Origin: Betaproteobacteria bacterium
Lineage (GTDB): Bacteria; Pseudomonadota; Gammaproteobacteria; Burkholderiales; Rhodocyclaceae
Direction: 5' to 3'
Assembly (NCBI GenBank): GCA_019136545.1
Contig: JAGVUA010000049.1
Span: 1,096-65,095, forward strand
Length of the DNA: 64,000 bases
The position numbers were made by a program, and so were the translations under genes. This document shows, in pieces, positions 26,611 through 36,300 of the stretch. Every line of letters begins with the position of its first letter. The stretch's first letter is position 1. The notes under the pieces were generated by a model. That model was not told the DNA's origin, ran no database searches, and worked only from the letters and a program-made list of their open reading frames with translations.

Positions 26611-27612
26611 ATGAGCATGGCGTTCGACTCTGACCAAGTTGCCAGCAGCTGTCGCTTCAAGACAGTGACTACGCTCGACTCGGACGAGCATGCCGCTGCG
26701 CTGCAGGCATGGGATCAGACCTACAACCAGTTATCACCCGGCGCTTTCAAGGGTGCGCTGCAGCAAATCTGGATGGGTAATATTCACGTCTTCCGGGAAA
26801 CAACCAATCGGGCGGTTTCGCAAAGCGGCTTGCCGACCCGCGACTGCTTTGTCTTCGGCGTGCCGCTCGAGATGAGCGACACGGCCTTGTTCGGCAACCA
26901 GGTCGTGGTTCCGGATTCGTTTTTCATGTTTCGGGCCACCGACGGCTTCAGTTTGCGTACCCCCGAGTTCTTCGATGTCATGGGTATCGCCATTCCCGAG
27001 TCGGATATGGCCGCCGCGCTCGGTCGCCGACTGGAGGGAGAGATGCGAATTCTCCTGTCGGGTGCGCCGATGGTGTTCATGCCGCCCCGAGCAGCCTTGG
27101 CTGAGTTCCAGCGCTGCTTGATCTCGCTGTTCGATCCTGGTTGCCTGTAGCCGAACCAGCTTGCCGATGCCGCGTATTGGCGTAGCTTGAGTGATGGCGT
27201 GGTGGGACATCTCGTCAACCTGCTTCAGACCGCCCTGCGGGCGCCGCCGCCGACGCCTTCGTTTCCCGGGCGTTGCCGGGTCGTCGAGGAAGCCGTGGCG
27301 TTCGCCCTCTCGCAGGGCGCCGAGCCCGTGACCGTGAGCGAGTTGTGCGCCAGAACCCGGGTCAGCCGGAGAATGCTCAATTATTGTTTTCAGGATGTAT
27401 TGAATACCAACCCGGTGCACTATCTCAAGGCAATCCGGCTGAACGGCGTGCGTCGGGAACTCAGGCAGGTTGATCCGGCTCCGGGAGTGATACGGGATAT
27501 CGCGGGACGATGGGGCTTCTGGCACTTCTCCCGTTTTGCCAGCGAGTATCGCCTGCTTTTTGGCGAATTGCCGTCCGATACCTTGTGCAAGGGATACGTC
27601 AGCCCGACTTGA
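26611..27612 (+). pseudogene. FeaR/EutR-like AraC-family regulator interrupted by a single in-frame TAG (27148-27150)
   Basis: Track ORFs 26611-27150 (sensor domain, ...AWDQTYNQLSPGAFKGALQQIWMGNIHVFRE) and 27187-27612 (HTH_AraC, ...VSELCARTRVSRRMLNYCF...FWHFSRFASEYRLLFGE) are in the same frame (both = 1 mod 3). Only one stop separates them. Confidence 0.65.
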
Positions 27613-27667
27613 GCGCGCACGGGGGTAAAATCGCCGCAACTTTCAACAATAGACAGGGAGTTGCATC

Positions 27668-29719
27668 ATGGCGAGTTATGCCACCGAATCGATCCGCGCC
27701 GTTGCCCTCGTGGGTCATGGCGGTTCCGGCAAGACATCCCTGGCGGAAGCCTTGTTGTTTCGTGCCGGCGCTATTCCCGCCAAGGGCACTGTTGAAAAGG
27801 GCAGCACGGTCTGTGATTTCGACCCGCAGGAAAAAACCGCGGGCCACTCGCTGAACTCGGCACTGGTCAACTTCGCTGCCGAAGGCGTGCACATCCATCT
27901 CGTCGACGCGCCGGGATATCCGGATTTCGCCGGCCAGGCCTTCGCCGCGTTGGCGGGCGTCGATACCGCCATGATCGTGATCAACGCCCAGACCGGCATC
28001 GAACTGATGACCGAGCGCATGATGCGCGCCGCCAGGCAGCGGGGTCTGGCGCGCATGATCGTCATCAACAAGATCGATGCCGAGAACCTTGATCTTCCGG
28101 GCCTGGTCGCGGCCATTCGCGAACGCTTCGGCAACGAATGCAAACTGCTCGACTTGCCGGCGCACGACCGCGCCGACGTCGTCGAAGTGCTCGAGCACGA
28201 TTCCGGCGATGCCGATTTCGACACCGTCGCGCATGCCCACCGGGAACTCATCGACCAACTCGTCGAGGAGGACGAGGACCTGCTCGCCCGCTACCTCGAG
28301 GACGGCAAGGACCCGACCGCAGGCGAATTGCATGCTCCGTTCGAGAAGGCGCTGCGCGAAGGCCATCTGGTGCCCATCCTGTTCGTGTCGGCCAGAACCG
28401 GTGCCGGCCTCGACCACCTCATGCACACGCTGGCGACGCTTGCCCCGAATCCTGCGGAAGGCAACGCGCCGCCCTTCTTCAAGGGCGAACCAGGGGCGAA
28501 AGATGTCGAATCCTTCCACGCCGAACCGGACGCCCAAAAACATGTGCTGGCGCACGTATTCAAGGTGATCGCCGATCCCTACATGGGCAAGGTCGGCGTC
28601 TTCCGTGTGCACCAGGGAACGATCCGGAAGGATTCACAGCTGTTCGTCGGCGACGGCAAGAAGCCCTTCAAGGCCGGTCATCTTTATCAATTGCAGGGCA
28701 AGGATTACATCGAGGTCGACGAACTGGTGCCGGGCGACATCGGCGCCGTGGCCAAGGTCGACGAGATAGAGTTCGACGTGGTGTTGCACGACTCCCACGA
28801 CGAGGATCACATCCATCTCAAGCCGCTCGATTTTCCCCAGCCGATGCAAGGCTTGGCCGTCGAGACCCGGAAGAAGGGCGACGAGCAGCGCCTGTTCGAG
28901 ATCCTGCACAAGCTTGAGATCGAGGATCCGTGTTTCCGGGTCGAGCGGCATCCGACCACGCACGAGACCGTCATCCAGGGCCTGGGCGAGATGCACCTGC
29001 GCTACAAGCTCGAGAAGATGGCGACGCAATACAAGATGGAACTCGACACCAAGCCGCCGCGCATTCCCTATCGCGAGACGATCACGAAGAATGCCGAAGG
29101 CCATTGTCGCCACAAGAAGCAGAGCGGCGGCGCCGGCCAGTTCGGCGAGGTCTATCTGAAAATCGAGCCGCAGGAGCGCGGCGCCGGCTTCGAGTTTGTC
29201 GACCACGTCAAGGGCGGCGTCATTCCCGGCGTGTTCATGCCGGCGGTCGAAAAAGGCGTGCGCCAGGCGCTGGCCGACGGCGTCATCGCCGGCTACCCGG
29301 TCGAAGACCTGCGCGTGATCGTCTACGACGGCAAGACCCATCCGGTGGACGGCAAGGAAGTCGCCTTCGTCACCGCCGGCCGCAAGGCCACCATCGCAGC
29401 GATCCAGGCGGCCGGCGCCATCATCCTCGAACCGATCGTGAACATCGAAGTTCTCGTCCCCGAAGCCAACATGGGCGACATTGCCGGCGACTTGTCGTCG
29501 CGGCGCGGCCACGTCACCGGCACCACGCCACGCAGCCATCTGGTGGTGGTCGCCGGCGAAGTACCGCTGGCCGAGATTACCGACTACGCCTCCAAGCTCA
29601 AGTCGGTCACCGGCGGCCAGGGCTCGTATTCGATCGAATTCTCGCGCTATGCCGCGGTGCCGCCAGCGACGCAGCAGAAACTGGCCTCCTCCTTCAAGTT
29701 GAAGGAAGAGGAGGAATAG
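27668..29719 (+). CDS. Elongation factor G paralogue (EF-G-like translational GTPase), not in an str operon context
   Basis: G1 GHGGSGKTS, G3 DAPGYPDF, G4 NKID. Domains II-V are recognisable. 683 aa. Confidence 0.8.
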   Translation: MASYATESIRAVALVGHGGSGKTSLAEALLFRAGAIPAKGTVEKGSTVCDFDPQEKTAGHSLNSALVNFAAEGVHIHLVDAPGYPDFAGQAFAALAGVDTAMIVINAQTGIELMTERMMRAARQRGLARMIVINKIDAENLDLPGLVAAIRERFGNECKLLDLPAHDRADVVEVLEHDSGDADFDTVAHAHRELIDQLVEEDEDLLARYLEDGKDPTAGELHAPFEKALREGHLVPILFVSARTGAGLDHLMHTLATLAPNPAEGNAPPFFKGEPGAKDVESFHAEPDAQKHVLAHVFKVIADPYMGKVGVFRVHQGTIRKDSQLFVGDGKKPFKAGHLYQLQGKDYIEVDELVPGDIGAVAKVDEIEFDVVLHDSHDEDHIHLKPLDFPQPMQGLAVETRKKGDEQRLFEILHKLEIEDPCFRVERHPTTHETVIQGLGEMHLRYKLEKMATQYKMELDTKPPRIPYRETITKNAEGHCRHKKQSGGAGQFGEVYLKIEPQERGAGFEFVDHVKGGVIPGVFMPAVEKGVRQALADGVIAGYPVEDLRVIVYDGKTHPVDGKEVAFVTAGRKATIAAIQAAGAIILEPIVNIEVLVPEANMGDIAGDLSSRRGHVTGTTPRSHLVVVAGEVPLAEITDYASKLKSVTGGQGSYSIEFSRYAAVPPATQQKLASSFKLKEEEE

Positions 29720-29744
29720 AAAGTCAGCCGTGGCGGCGCGCCGC
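29719..29744 (+). repeat. GAAAGTCAGCC-hairpin element, copy 2
   Basis: GAAAGTCAGCCGTGGCGGCGCGCCGC. Its first base is the G of the EF-G paralogue's TAG stop. Confidence 0.8.
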
Positions 29745-29771
29745 TTGCGAGCCGCCGCGAGTCTTTCTACA

Positions 29772-30140
29772 ATGGTTCGCATGCGCGATCGCTGGTTCCG
29801 CCTCCTGCCGCTTTTCCTCGCCGCCTTCTGGCTGCCCTTCCAGGCCGTCGCCGCCATGGCCATGCCGTTTTGCCGGCACGGCGAGGCGCACATGCTGGTT
29901 GTCGCGGAAGTCGCCGCGGCCGAGCATTGCGCGATGCCGGGGGCGCCGGCGGCCGAGCCGCATGGCGTCGGCTGTGACGACTGCGGCTTCTGCCATCTGG
30001 CGGCGGCCGGTTTTATCCCGGCGCCGGAACGCGGCGTGGCGGTGATCGTTGCCGATCGCGACTTCGGGGTCGAGGTGCCGTTCGCTCCCGCGAGCAATAT
30101 TCCCGAACCGCCGCAGCAACCTCCCAAACGCTTGGCCTGA
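29772..30140 (+). CDS. Small Cys/His-rich membrane-anchored protein (DUF2946-like), probable metal-handling accessory protein
   Basis: Signal/TM segment WFRLLPLFLAAFWLPFQAVAA, then PFCRHGEAH, AEHCAMPG and GCDDCGFCHLAAAG. Directly upstream of cusFCBA. Start is ATG 29772 or 29781. Confidence 0.5.
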   Translation: MVRMRDRWFRLLPLFLAAFWLPFQAVAAMAMPFCRHGEAHMLVVAEVAAAEHCAMPGAPAAEPHGVGCDDCGFCHLAAAGFIPAPERGVAVIVADRDFGVEVPFAPASNIPEPPQQPPKRLA

Positions 30141-30233
30141 CAGCAGCCGCGGCATCCCGTCGCGGCGGTGGCGGTCATTGGCGACCGCAGTTGTTGGTCG
30201 TTCGTTTGTCATTCATTGATGCTGGAGGTTGCC

Positions 30234-30521
30234 ATGAAGTTTTTTCCGTTCGTTATCGTCCTTTCCTTGTTGTCAACGCTCGCGCTTGCCGCCGACGTGC
30301 CCTGGGCTGAAGGTATCTTGAAGAAAATCGACCAGGCTGCCGGCAAGGCGACGATCGCTCACGGCCCGATCGACAGCGTCGGCATGGGGCCGATGACCAT
30401 GCAGTTCGCGGTCAAGGACGCCGCCGGCCTCGCCAAGCTCAAGGGCGGCGACAAGGTGCGCTTCCAGGCGGTCATGGTGGGCGGCGACATTGTCGTCACC
30501 CGCATCGAAGCCGCGAAGTAG
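30234..30521 (+). CDS. cusF: Periplasmic Cu(I)/Ag(I)-binding protein CusF
   Basis: GGAGG RBS and a signal peptide. TIAHGPIDSVGMGPMTMQF carries the His plus Met-x-Met ligand pattern of CusF. Confidence 0.75.
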   Translation: MKFFPFVIVLSLLSTLALAADVPWAEGILKKIDQAAGKATIAHGPIDSVGMGPMTMQFAVKDAAGLAKLKGGDKVRFQAVMVGGDIVVTRIEAAK

Positions 30522-30530
30522 GGGGCGAGC

Positions 30531-31799
30531 ATGAAGCCCGTGAAATGCGGGCTGGCGGCAATGGCTGCGCTTTGCGCGCTGACCGTGCGGGCGGACGTTT
30601 CGTCGTCGCCCCTGCCCGGCGGCAGCGTCGAGTCGCTGCTTGCCCTTGCTCGCCAGCAGAGCCCCGAACTGATCGCCTTGCGCCTGGAGGCCGACGCGGC
30701 GCGCGAACGCGCCGCCGCCAGCGGCGCCTTGCCGGACCCGACCGCGCGCATCGAGTGGCGCGATTTCACCAATGAGATGTCGGGCGGCAGCGCGACGCTG
30801 GTGCCGTCGCGCGTCGGCAGCACCAAGTACACGCTGATTCAGCCGCTGCCTTGGTGGGGCAAGCGCGACTTGAAGCGCGCATCCGCCGAGGCCGAGGCCG
30901 AAGCGGCGGCGGCCGGCAGCGACGCCGGCTGGCTCGAACTGGCGGCGCGCATCAAGGCCGCCTACGCGCTCGATTACGCGCTGGCCCGCCAGCTGGCCCT
31001 GAGCCGCGAAGTGGCCGACCTGCTCGACCGGCTGGAAGCGATCGGCCGCAACCGCTATGCGCACGGCCTGGCGCCGCAGCAGGACGCGATCCGCGCGCGC
31101 GTCGAGCATACCGCCCTGCAGAGCGAGATCGTCCAGACCGAGAACGAGCGCCACCATGCGCAGGTCCGCATCAACGGTCTGCTGGCGCGGCCCGCGCATG
31201 CCGCGCTGGCCGAGCCGCAGGCGCCGCGCGCGCTGCCGGCGACTCTGGACCACGCGGTGCTGGCGGAACGGCTGCGCGCGAACAACCCCGGCCTGTTCGC
31301 CGACGAGGCGCGCATCCGCGCCGCCGAAAAGAATCGCGACGCCGTCTACCGCAACCGCTATCCCGACCTGGCGCTGGGCATTTCGCCGATCCAGACGCGC
31401 AACCGCGTCAGCGAGTGGGAGCTGATGCTGGAGCTCAACATTCCGCTGCAGCAAGGCAGCCGGCGCAGCCAGGAGCGCGAGGCCGAGCGCATGCTCGAAG
31501 CGGCGCGCGCCAAGCGCGACGCGGGCGCCAATCGCCTCTTGACGGAACTGGCCGAGAACGTTTCGGCCTTCGAAGCGGCGCAGCGCATCGAGCGGCTGAC
31601 GCGCAGCGAGCTGCTGCCGCAGGCCGAGCTGACCTTCCAGGCGGCGCTGGCCGGCTACGAGAACGGCAAGGTGGATTTCGCGACGCTGCTCGACGCGCAG
31701 CGACAGATCCGCAAGGCGAAACAGGACGTCATCAAGGCGCAGGCGGAACAGCAATTGCGGCTGGCCGAGATCGAGAAGCTGACGGGAGGCGAGATATGA
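30531..31799 (+). CDS. cusC: Outer-membrane efflux protein (TolC family), CusC
   Basis: 422 aa. Signal with Cys (AALCAL). Coiled-coil repeats typical of OEP proteins. Precedes cusBA. Confidence 0.8.
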   Translation: MKPVKCGLAAMAALCALTVRADVSSSPLPGGSVESLLALARQQSPELIALRLEADAARERAAASGALPDPTARIEWRDFTNEMSGGSATLVPSRVGSTKYTLIQPLPWWGKRDLKRASAEAEAEAAAAGSDAGWLELAARIKAAYALDYALARQLALSREVADLLDRLEAIGRNRYAHGLAPQQDAIRARVEHTALQSEIVQTENERHHAQVRINGLLARPAHAALAEPQAPRALPATLDHAVLAERLRANNPGLFADEARIRAAEKNRDAVYRNRYPDLALGISPIQTRNRVSEWELMLELNIPLQQGSRRSQEREAERMLEAARAKRDAGANRLLTELAENVSAFEAAQRIERLTRSELLPQAELTFQAALAGYENGKVDFATLLDAQRQIRKAKQDVIKAQAEQQLRLAEIEKLTGGEI

Positions 31800-33346
31800 A
31801 CAGTAATTACCCACACCCCCCGGCCCCCGCTCACGCGGGGGAGCCTTCTTCCTCGCTGCGCTCGAAATCATGGTTTGCGATCCTCGCCGTGGCCGTGATG
31901 CTGGCGACCGCGGCGGGCTACTGGCTCGGCCGCGCGAAAGTCAGCCATGGCGGCACGCCGACGCAAGCGACTGCGCCCGCCGGCAAGAAGCTGCTTTATT
32001 ACCGCAATCCCATGGGCCAGCCCGACACCTCGCCGGTGCCGAAGAAAGACCCGATGGGCATGGACTACATCCCCGTCTACGAAGGCGAGGAGAGCGCTGC
32101 ATCGGACAGTGGCGTCAAGGTCAGCGCCGATAAGGTGCAGAAGTCCGGCGTCAAGACGGTCGTGGTGGAACGCCGCGTCATCGACCGCGCGGTGCGCGCT
32201 TCGGGGCGCGTGGACATCGACGAGCGACGCGTGTTCACCGTGGCGCCGAAGTTCGAGGGCTGGATCGAGCGGCTGTACGTCAATGTCACCGGCCAGCCGG
32301 TCGGTCGCGACCAGCCGCTGTTCGAGGTGTACAGCCCCGAGCTGATTTCCGCGCAGCGCGAATATGCGCTGGCGGCCAAGGCCGCGGCGGAATCGACGCC
32401 GGAATCGCCGGATTCGCGCAAAGCCATGCAGCAGCTCGCCGAGGCGAGCCTGGCGCGCCTCGCCAACTGGAACGTCGATGCCGAGTCGGCAAAAAACGGC
32501 GTGTCACGAACGCTGACTTTCCGCTCGCCGATCGCCGGCGTGGTCATCGAGAAGAAGGCGGTGCAGGGCATGCGCTTCCTGCCCGGCGATGCGCTCTACC
32601 AGATCGCCGACATTTCCGCCGTGTGGGTGATCGCCGATGTGCCCGAGCAGGACATTGCGCTGGTCGGCAAGGGCGGCAAGGCCGGCATTCGCGTCGATGC
32701 CTGGCCCGGCAGGCGCTTCGACGCCACGGTCGCCTACGTCTACCCGACGTTGAACGCGCAGACGCGCACCGTGCCGGTGCGGCTGGAACTGGCCAATCCC
32801 GGCGGCCTGCTCAAGCCGGGAATGTACGCGCAGGTCGAGTTCGCCGTCGGCGGCGGCCCGCTTGGGCGCGCCGTGCCCACGGTGCCGGCCGCGGCGGTGA
32901 TCGACAGCGGTGTGCGCAAGGTCGTCGTCGTCGAGCTCGGCGACGGCCGCTTCGAATCGCGCGAGGTGAAGACCGGCGCGCGCGGCGACGATGTCGTCGA
33001 AATCCTCGACGGCGTGCGGGAAGGCGAGCGCGTCGTCGCGTCCGGCAATTTCCTGATCGATTCGGAGAGCAATCTGAAAGCCGCCCTTGGTGGACTGGGC
33101 GGCATGGCGACGCCGAAAGAGGCAGGCCACCGCGCGGTCGGCACGCTCGACGCCATCGACGGCGATTCGGTGACGATCAGCCACGAGCCCATCGCCAGCC
33201 TGAAGTGGCCGAAGATGACCATGGACTTCGTGCCGGCCAATGCCGCGCTGTTCGCCGGCATCAAGCCGGGCACGGCCATCGCCTTCGAGTTCGTCGAGCG
33301 CAAGCCGGGCGAGTGGGTGATCACCAAGATCGACAAGAGGAACTGA
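31796..33346 (+). CDS. cusB: Periplasmic adaptor CusB with a C-terminal fused CusF-like domain
   Basis: ATGA overlap with cusC. YYRNPMGQPDTSPVPKKDPMGMDYIPVY is the N-terminal Met-rich region. The C-terminal 75 aa (TISHEPIASLKWPKMTMDF...) parallels the free-standing CusF. Confidence 0.8.
   Translation: MNSNYPHPPAPAHAGEPSSSLRSKSWFAILAVAVMLATAAGYWLGRAKVSHGGTPTQATAPAGKKLLYYRNPMGQPDTSPVPKKDPMGMDYIPVYEGEESAASDSGVKVSADKVQKSGVKTVVVERRVIDRAVRASGRVDIDERRVFTVAPKFEGWIERLYVNVTGQPVGRDQPLFEVYSPELISAQREYALAAKAAAESTPESPDSRKAMQQLAEASLARLANWNVDAESAKNGVSRTLTFRSPIAGVVIEKKAVQGMRFLPGDALYQIADISAVWVIADVPEQDIALVGKGGKAGIRVDAWPGRRFDATVAYVYPTLNAQTRTVPVRLELANPGGLLKPGMYAQVEFAVGGGPLGRAVPTVPAAAVIDSGVRKVVVVELGDGRFESREVKTGARGDDVVEILDGVREGERVVASGNFLIDSESNLKAALGGLGGMATPKEAGHRAVGTLDAIDGDSVTISHEPIASLKWPKMTMDFVPANAALFAGIKPGTAIAFEFVERKPGEWVITKIDKRN
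31936..31960 (+). repeat. GAAAGTCAGCC-hairpin element, copy 3, inside cusB
   Basis: GAAAGTCAGCCATGGCGGCACGCCG, read in frame as KVSHGGTP. Confidence 0.7.
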
Positions 33347-33347
33347 G

Positions 33348-36300
33348 ATGCTCTCTTCCCTGATCGACTGGTCGGCGAAGAATCGCTTCCTGGTGCTGCT
33401 CGGCACGCTGGCCGCCATCCTCGGCGGCGTCTATGCGTTGCTGAAAACGCCGCTCGACGCGCTGCCCGATCTTTCCGACGTGCAGGTGATCGTCTATACC
33501 GAAGTGCCCGGCCAGGCGCCGCAGGTGGTCGAGGACCAGGTCACCTACCCGCTCACCACGGCCATGCTCTCGGTGCCGAAGTCGAAGGTCGTGCGCGGCT
33601 TCTCGTTCTTCGGCGCTTCCTTCGTCTATGTCATTTTCGACGACGGCACCGACATCTACTGGGCCCGTTCACGCGTGCTGGAATACCTCAACGCGGCGGC
33701 GGGCCGGCTGCCGGCCGGCATCACGCCGACGCTGGGGCCGGACGCCACCGGCGTCGGCTGGGTGTTCCAATACGTCGTGCTGGCGAAGGACAGGACGCTG
33801 GCCGAGCTGCGCACGCTGCAGGACTGGTACCTGCGCTACCAGCTGACCAAGGTGCGGGGCGTCGCCGAGGTGGCCAGCATCGGCGGCTTCGTCCAGCAGT
33901 ACCAGGTGACGGTCGATCCGGTGAAGCTGCGCGCCTACGGCATTCCGCTGATGACGGTCGCCAATGTCATCCGGTCGTCGAACCGCGACGTCGGCGGTCG
34001 CAGCCTGGAAATGGCCGAGACCGAATACATGGTGCGCGGCCGCGGCTACCTGCGCGGCGCCGACGACATCGCGTCGCTGGTCGTGAAAAATGACAAGGGC
34101 ACGCCGGTGCTGATCCGCGACATCGCCCGCGTCGAACTGGTGCCGGACGAGCGGCGCGGCATCGCCGAACTCAACGGCGAGGGCGAAGTGGTGTCCGGCA
34201 TCGTCATGGCCCGCTACGGCCAGAACGCGCTGGAGGTGATCGCCAACGTCAAGGCGAAGCTGGCCGAAGTGGCCAGCGGTTTGCCGGCAGGCGTGAGCAT
34301 CGTGCCGGTCTACGATCGCTCCGAGCTGATCGAGCGCGCCATCGCCACGCTGAAAAGCACGCTGGTCGAGGAATCGCTGATCGTCGCGCTGGTCTGCGTG
34401 TTGTTCCTGCTGCACGTGCGTTCGGCGCTGGTGGCGATCCTGATGCTGCCGGTCGGCGTGCTGATGGCGTTCATCGCCATGAAGTGGCTGGGCATCAACT
34501 CCAACATCATGAGCCTGGGCGGCATCGCCATCGCCATCGGCGCCATGGTCGACGCGGCCATCGTCATGATCGAGAACGCGCACAAGCACATCGAGCGATT
34601 ACAGTCCGACGAGTCACGCACCGCCGCTATCATCAATGCGGCCAAGGAGGTCGGCCCGGCGCTGTTCTTCAGTCTGCTCATCATCACCGTCTCCTTCCTG
34701 CCGGTGTTCACGCTGGAAGCGCAGGAAGGCCGGCTGTTCGCGCCGCTCGCCTACACCAAGACCTTCGCCATGGCCGGCGCGGCGATCCTTTCGGTGACGC
34801 TGGTGCCGGTGCTGATGCTGCTGTTCATCCGCGGCCGCGTGATGCCCGAGGCGAAGAATCCGATCAACCGCGCGCTGATCGCGCTCTACCGGCCGGTGAT
34901 CGCCTGGGTGCTGCGCTGGAAGAAGCTCACCATCGCGCTGGCGGCGGCGGCGCTCGCCGTTACGGCGCTGCCCGCCTTGAAGCTCGGCAGCGAGTTCATG
35001 CCGACGCTCAACGAGGGCACGCTGTTCTACATGCCGACCGGGCTGCCGAGCATGTCGGTGACCAAGGCGGCGGAACTTCTGCAAACGCAGGACAAGATCA
35101 TCCGCAGCTTCCCCGAAGTCGCCTCGGTGATCGGCAAGGCCGGCCGCGCCAGCACGGCGACCGACCCGGCGCCGATCGAGATGTTCGAGACGGTGATCAA
35201 TCTCAAGCCCGAGTCTGAGTGGCGGCCGGGCATGAACATCGACAAGTTGATCGCCGAACTCGACAAGGCGCTGCAATTCCCCGGCATCGCCAACTCGTGG
35301 ACGATGCCGATCAAGGCGCGCATCGACATGCTGTCCACCGGCATCCGCACGCCGGTCGGCATCAAGGTGTTCGGCAAGGATCTCGCCGGCATGGAGCAGG
35401 TGGCCAAGCAGATCGAAACGGTGGTGAAGCAGGTGCCGGGCACCAGTTCCGCCTATGCCGAACGCATCACCGGCGGCTACTACCTCGACATCGAACCGGA
35501 TCGCGCGCAGCTGGCGCGCTACGGCATCACGCCCGGCGACCTGCTCGATGTCGTTGCGGCCGCCATCGGCGGCGAGAGGGTGACGACCACCGTCGAGGGC
35601 CGCGAGCGCTTCGGCGTCACGGTGCGCTATCCGAGGGAACTGCGCGACGATCCGGACAGGATCGCGCGCCAGGTGCTGGTGCCCATCAACGCCACGGCGG
35701 GAGGAGAGATGGGTGGCCAGGGTGGCAATGCGTCGATGGTGCCGCTCGGGCAACTGGCGAAAGTGCGCATCAGCCAGGGCGCGCCCGTCATTCGCACCGA
35801 GAACGCGCTGCTCTCGACCTACATCTACGTCGACATCCGCGACCGCGACATCGGTTCCTACGTCGCCGAGGCGCGCCAGGCGGTAGCGGCGCAGGTGAAG
35901 TTTCCGCCCGGCACCTACGCCACCTGGAGCGGCCAGTTCGAGTACATGGAACGCGCGGCGGAGCGCCTGAAGATCGTCGTGCCCGGCACGCTGCTGATCA
36001 TCTTCGTGCTGCTCTACCTCAACTTCCGGCGGCTGACCGAGACGCTGATCGTCATGCTCTCGGTGCCCTTCGCGCTGGTCGGCGGCGTCTGGCTGATGTG
36101 GGCGCTCGGCTACAACCTCTCGGTGGCGGCGGCGGTCGGCTTCATCGCCCTGGCCGGCGTGGCGGCCGAGACCGGCGTGGTCATGCTGATCTATCTGGAT
36201 CAAGCCTGGACGGCGCACCGAAAGTCAGGCGTGGCAATGCGCCGCCAGGACCTTTATGCCGCGGTGATGGAAGGCGCCGTCGAGCGCGTGCGGCCGAAAA

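Noticed and set aside
30851-33346. 831-aa track ORF taken as one protein. The same applies to other N-terminally over-extended track ORFs: 2114, 10171, 10725, 11630, 13516, 35219, 42430, 48135, 49436, 50659, 55299, 58424, 59900 and 60603.
   Set aside because: The upstream parts overlap the preceding gene in another frame and are Arg/Gly/Pro-rich. Internal starts with an RBS or stop-start overlaps give family-typical N-termini.
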